From: Vicugna vicugna | Taxonomy: Eukaryota | DNA: 64,000 nt | Direction of reading: 5' to 3' | NCBI GenBank assembly: GCA_013265495.1 | Contig: MU061633.1 | Span: 525,726 to 589,725, forward strand | Part shown: piece by piece, positions 62,150-64,000 of the stretch | Layout: every line of letters starts with the position of its first letter | How positions within the stretch are numbered: the stretch's first letter is position 1 | Position numbers and translations under genes: made by a program | The notes under the pieces: model-generated | Told to the model about the DNA's origin: nothing | The model's input: the letters and a program-made list of their open reading frames with translations, nothing else | Database searches by the model: none

Positions 62150-63350
62150 TAAAACCGCTAACAGTAAGAATACATGACCTAACCCTATTGAAAGGAAAAT
62201 TACAAAGCAAGAATCAGGAATAACAGGACAATTTGAAAGGGATTTTCAAATAATATTTAAAGAGAGATTTCAAAAATAATTTAAATTCAAGAACAGAAGA
62301 GATTTAAAAAAGATTTGAAAAGAAACAAATGACATTTTTGAAATGAGAATTACATCGATAAATAAAATATGTAGTACATGAATTAAAAAATAGATCAGAA
62401 CATGTCAACAGACAATTTATATAGGGAAGATATCTGTTGGGAGATAATTCTCTGAGTTTATCACATTTTTGCACATCCAGGGATTTACAGTCCATGGGAA
62501 GGAGTATCTTTTAAGGAATTTTTTACACACAGGCAGCCCTGGAAAGATAGAGAAATTTCCTCTAGAGAAAATTTATTATTTTGTATAAGTAAAGATAAAG
62601 ACAGTGACTCCTTCTGGAGAATTTTGAGATATTCCTCCTTGGGGATATTCCAAGGTAATAAACCTAGAGATATTTCCTTTCCATCCTAGAGACAACTGCT
62701 TTCCTGCAAGGGCAATAAAAATCATGCCTCTCACTGGAGAAAAGGATAAGAGGGTTACTAGCAGTCATTATGTAAGATCAGAGTCTCCTCAACTTGGAGT
62801 CTCTTTTCTATAATGTATCACCATCATGTATGCAAAAATTACTTGGTCCTCACCGTGACACCCTATGGGAGTTGGGGCTTGTCGATCCAAAGCTACGAAG
62901 TAACTCTGGCTGTTGCTTTTGCTGTGAAGAACAAACTGTCTTTGTCTCAAACCCATATGTTTTCTGTTTTCCTATTAGTGTTTATATAAAATTGTGACAA
63001 GATAACTTGATTGCAAAAAAGTGTAAAATCTCAGACTCTTCACATTTCTTCAAGTAGAAATCTCGGGACATCATGCAGAACATAGCTCAGAGATATAATG
63101 AAAGGAAAGGTATTACAAAGTTATAAAGAGGCTCCGAGGAACAGATTGAGGAGACTCAAATACATCTAAAAGGAGTTCCAGGTCAAATAAATCAAAGAAT
63201 GGGGAAGAGATGACATTCAGACATAATTGCTTGAGAACGCCTGTACACATGAGTCCTTAGATGCAGTGAGTTCACCAAGTCCTGAGAAAGATTTACAACA
63301 CAACAACCACAAGACGACGACTAATTTCTGTGAAACTGCAGACCATCGAC
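62150..63350 (+). mobile_element. Ancient L1 ORF1 region split by the LTR at 62435-63053
   Basis: A-rich ORF1-like sequence before the LTR; aaatacatctaaaaggagttccagg...gaatggggaagagatgacattc...gtgaaactgcaga after it. Confidence 0.65.
62435..63053 (+). mobile_element. Solo LTR of the MER54/MER74/LTR53-like ERVL group
   Basis: Starts tgttgggagataattctc; internal ccctatgggagttggggct, actctggctgttgcttttgctgtgaag; ends gtaaaatctcagactcttcacatttcttcaa. Confidence 0.8.
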
Positions 63351-63574
63351 GCAATGGTGGAAGTGGATGCCATTATTTCTGGTATTAGTTCTAATTGTAT
63401 TTCACTAAAATTCAGAGCTTAGTGGAATTGAGATGGCTCTGCAGAGTTACACAAATTCACCTTTTCCCTTGGTTTCCCTTGGTTACCTACAGGACCCACA
63501 GTGCAGATGGCTCTCTCCATGTGGAGAAAGTCCTATTGGACCTGACAAAGAAGGAGAAATGGTAGCCCTTTGAC

Positions 63575-63635
63575 ACTGTGTTATATACCAGAAATCAACA
63601 CATTGCAACTGACTATCCTTCAATTTTAAAAAAGG
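63575..63635 (+). mobile_element. Very short L1 3' tip
   Basis: ctgtgttatataccagaaatcaacacattgcaactgactatccttcaattttaaaaaa. Confidence 0.7.
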
Positions 63636-64000
63636 TACCCTTTGCACTTTTACACTCTTTGCCTTATACCATACATGTTAGAATTATTACCTATGGTAAC
63701 AATTTCTGCACTTGTGTTCAATGTTTGCAGACATTAATCCCTCTCTAGGCTGAATTCCAATAGCCAGGCAAAGAAAGCTGAGTCAGTGCCCGGATATCAC
63801 TTAAAAGTCATTCTGCCTCCAGAATGTTTCCACTTATAGACTAATGACTCCACTCCTAGACTAATTTGATCCATCTGTCCCATTTAGGCATAGTGTTTAG
63901 CTTCTGATACTATTTTGGTTCAAGGACCAAATTAATAAGACATATAGACTGTTCTTATAGGTAGGAAGAATAAACTATCATAAAGATGCCATTTTATACC

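Noticed and set aside
1-64000. CRISPR arrays, tRNA genes, snRNA copies, prokaryote-style operons or a novel multi-gene system
   Set aside because: No spacer-repeat arrays, cloverleaf A/B-box genes, U6/7SK-like matches or long coding frames were seen; the sequence is repeat-rich mammalian non-coding DNA.

Overview
64 kb of AT-rich eutherian genomic DNA. It is most likely camelid. The young L1 3' ends at 1-386 and 30813-31015 match, from memory, the alpaca/camel L1 3' UTR, and I saw no Alu, Bov-tA/BovB, PRE1, CHR, Can-SINE or ERE SINEs; this is an inference, not a database result. I recognise no protein-coding exon, and the supplied ORFs look like chance frames in repeats or unique DNA, so the window is intergenic or inside a large intron. 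Much of it is layered transposon fossils: MIR, L2, L1 of several ages, MLT1 and ERVL LTRs, a decayed two-LTR ERVL provirus, seven microsatellites and a 160-N gap. The only RNA-gene-derived feature is a 3'-truncated 5S rRNA retropseudogene (35405-35494, minus) inserted in a MIR. I found no convincing new biological system. The best leads are: a short L1 made of a 5' end fused directly to a 3' end (1436-1959); a CpG-retaining non-repeat island (34340-35170); a twin-priming inversion in an ancient L1 (21285-23960); a perfect 13-bp hairpin (20938-20969); a 105-nt cryptic-exon-like unit abutting (TG)22 (43601-43750); and a multiply rearranged L1 nested in an older L1 (57241-59520). Repeat subfamily names come from recalled consensus sequences. 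Repeat boundaries are approximate (tens of bp) unless stated as counted.
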